The notes under the pieces: model-generated
Database searches by the model: none
What the model saw: only the letters and a program-made list of their open reading frames with translations
What the model was told of the DNA's origin: nothing
Assembly (NCBI RefSeq): GCF_039654945.1
Contig: NW_027361792.1
Coordinates: 1,612,001-1,676,000, forward strand
Source of the DNA: Dendrobates tinctorius
Taxonomy: Eukaryota
Length of the DNA stretch: 64,000 nt
Direction of reading: 5' to 3'
Made by a program: the position numbers and the translations under genes
Part shown: piece after piece, positions 62,675-64,000 of the stretch
How positions within the stretch are numbered: position 1 is the stretch's first letter
How the letters are laid out: each line of letters begins with the position of its first letter

Positions 62675-63272
62675 GACGTTCATTGTCTATGGGACTGCCG
62701 ATGCACATGTCCTGCCACATCTCTATGCATTGTCTATGGGACTGTTGGAACACATGTCCAGCCATCGCTCCATTCATTATCTATGGGACTGTTGGGACAC
62801 GTTTAGCCATTGCTCCATTCAATGTCTATGTGACTGCTGGGCCACATGTCCAGCCACTGCTCCATTCATTGTCCAGTGGACTGCCGGGACACATGTCCGG
62901 CCACTGCTCCATGCATTGTCCAGGGGACTGCTGGGACACATGTCCTTGTTTATGGGACTGCTGGGACACATGTACTGCCACTGCCCCATGCATTGTCTAC
63001 AGGACTGCTGGGACACATGTCCGGTCACTGCTCCATTCATTGTCTATGGGACTGCTGGGGCACATGTACTGCCACTGCCCCATGCATTGTCTACAGGACT
63101 GCTGGGACACATGTCCGGTCACTGCTCCATTCATTGTCTATGGGACTGCTGGGGCACATGTCCAGCCAAAGCTCCATTCATTGTCTATGGGACTGCTGGG
63201 ATAAATGTCTGGCCACCGCTTCATTCATTGTCTATGAGACAGCTGGGACACACATCTGGCCACGGCTCCATT
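62675..63272. repeat. 47-bp minisatellite, about 12 copies
   Basis: CATTGTCTATGGGACTGCTGGGACACATGTCCGGTCACTGCTCCATT. Confidence 0.92.
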
Positions 63273-64000
63273 CAGATGGGGCATTTCAGAGCCTTGTTTT
63301 CAGGATTGCTGCAGGTCCTAGCAGTCAGGCTCCTACTGATCGGTAACTCATCACTTCCTCCATGGATAGTTGATAATTTTTAAAGATAGGAATAACCCTT
63401 TAAGTCCTGTCCTCACAGGAACGACCCCGACCTGTCCTGGACCTGCCGTGTTGTGGGCAGAAGCCTGGGTCTGAGAATTGGGGACCATCCTGGTAACTAG
63501 AGGTGAGGGCCACGCAGAGACGTGTGTATGTGGGGGTCCGGACTGTTGCGGGTCTCATGGGATGGTTGCTCTCCGGTCTGGCGTGTCACGTCTGGATTCT
63601 GGTCAGGAGTTTGCTCCGCAGCCTTCATACTACGTGACATCTCGTAGTCGCCATGTGTCCGTTTTTTTACAGCTAAATTGAGGCTCTAAAATAGTCGCAT
63701 GGACGAGGTGTACGGATGGTGTAAAGCACGAGAGACGTCAGCGAACTAAAGGCAAAAAAAAGAAAGGTGGCCGTAATCGCATGCGGTAGATCAAAAAACT
63801 GCATTCCAATCAGAGAGCCACTGATAATGGAGTCACGGCAGGATGTCTGCTCTGTATCACTCTCAAAAACTTCCCTGAAAAACTTCCAGTCAACAATTAT
63901 CCCCAAAAGTGTTCCAGATCGCGGCCTCTTCCCGCTCAGCGCTCCATTAATCCGCCTTGCTGCTGACAGCGCTCTCCACGCTCGATTCCTCCCGCCTGCC

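Noticed and set aside
62644-63383. Cys/His-rich ORFs resembling zinc-binding proteins
   Set aside because: Frame-cycling translations of the 47-bp minisatellite

Overview
Vertebrate genomic DNA, most likely from a frog (inferred from the DIRS, Tc1, L2, V-SINE and MITE load). It contains the conserved ARHGAP1-ATG13-HARBI1 block. On + are the last two coding exons of ARHGAP1; on - is the complete 17-coding-exon ATG13; on + is the complete 2-coding-exon HARBI1, a domesticated Harbinger transposase arranged head-to-head with ATG13. Between ARHGAP1 and ATG13, on -, lies an intact spliced SPRY + SOCS-box gene (SPSB3-like, about 235-252 aa), which I do not know at the equivalent human position. The rest is dominated by transposable elements: two full-length but decayed DIRS1-type tyrosine-recombinase retrotransposons (ITR/ICR, gag, RT-RNaseH-methyltransferase, YR); two Tc1 fossils, one split by three nested insertions inside an ATG13 intron; two L2 3' fragments; a V-SINE; many palindromic MITEs; a solo LTR 26 nt after the HARBI1 stop codon; Penelope-like hammerhead-core remnants; and several minisatellites. 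Exon boundaries were read by hand from GT/AG sites and phase continuity, and protein identities come from remembered homologue sequences; no database search was run.
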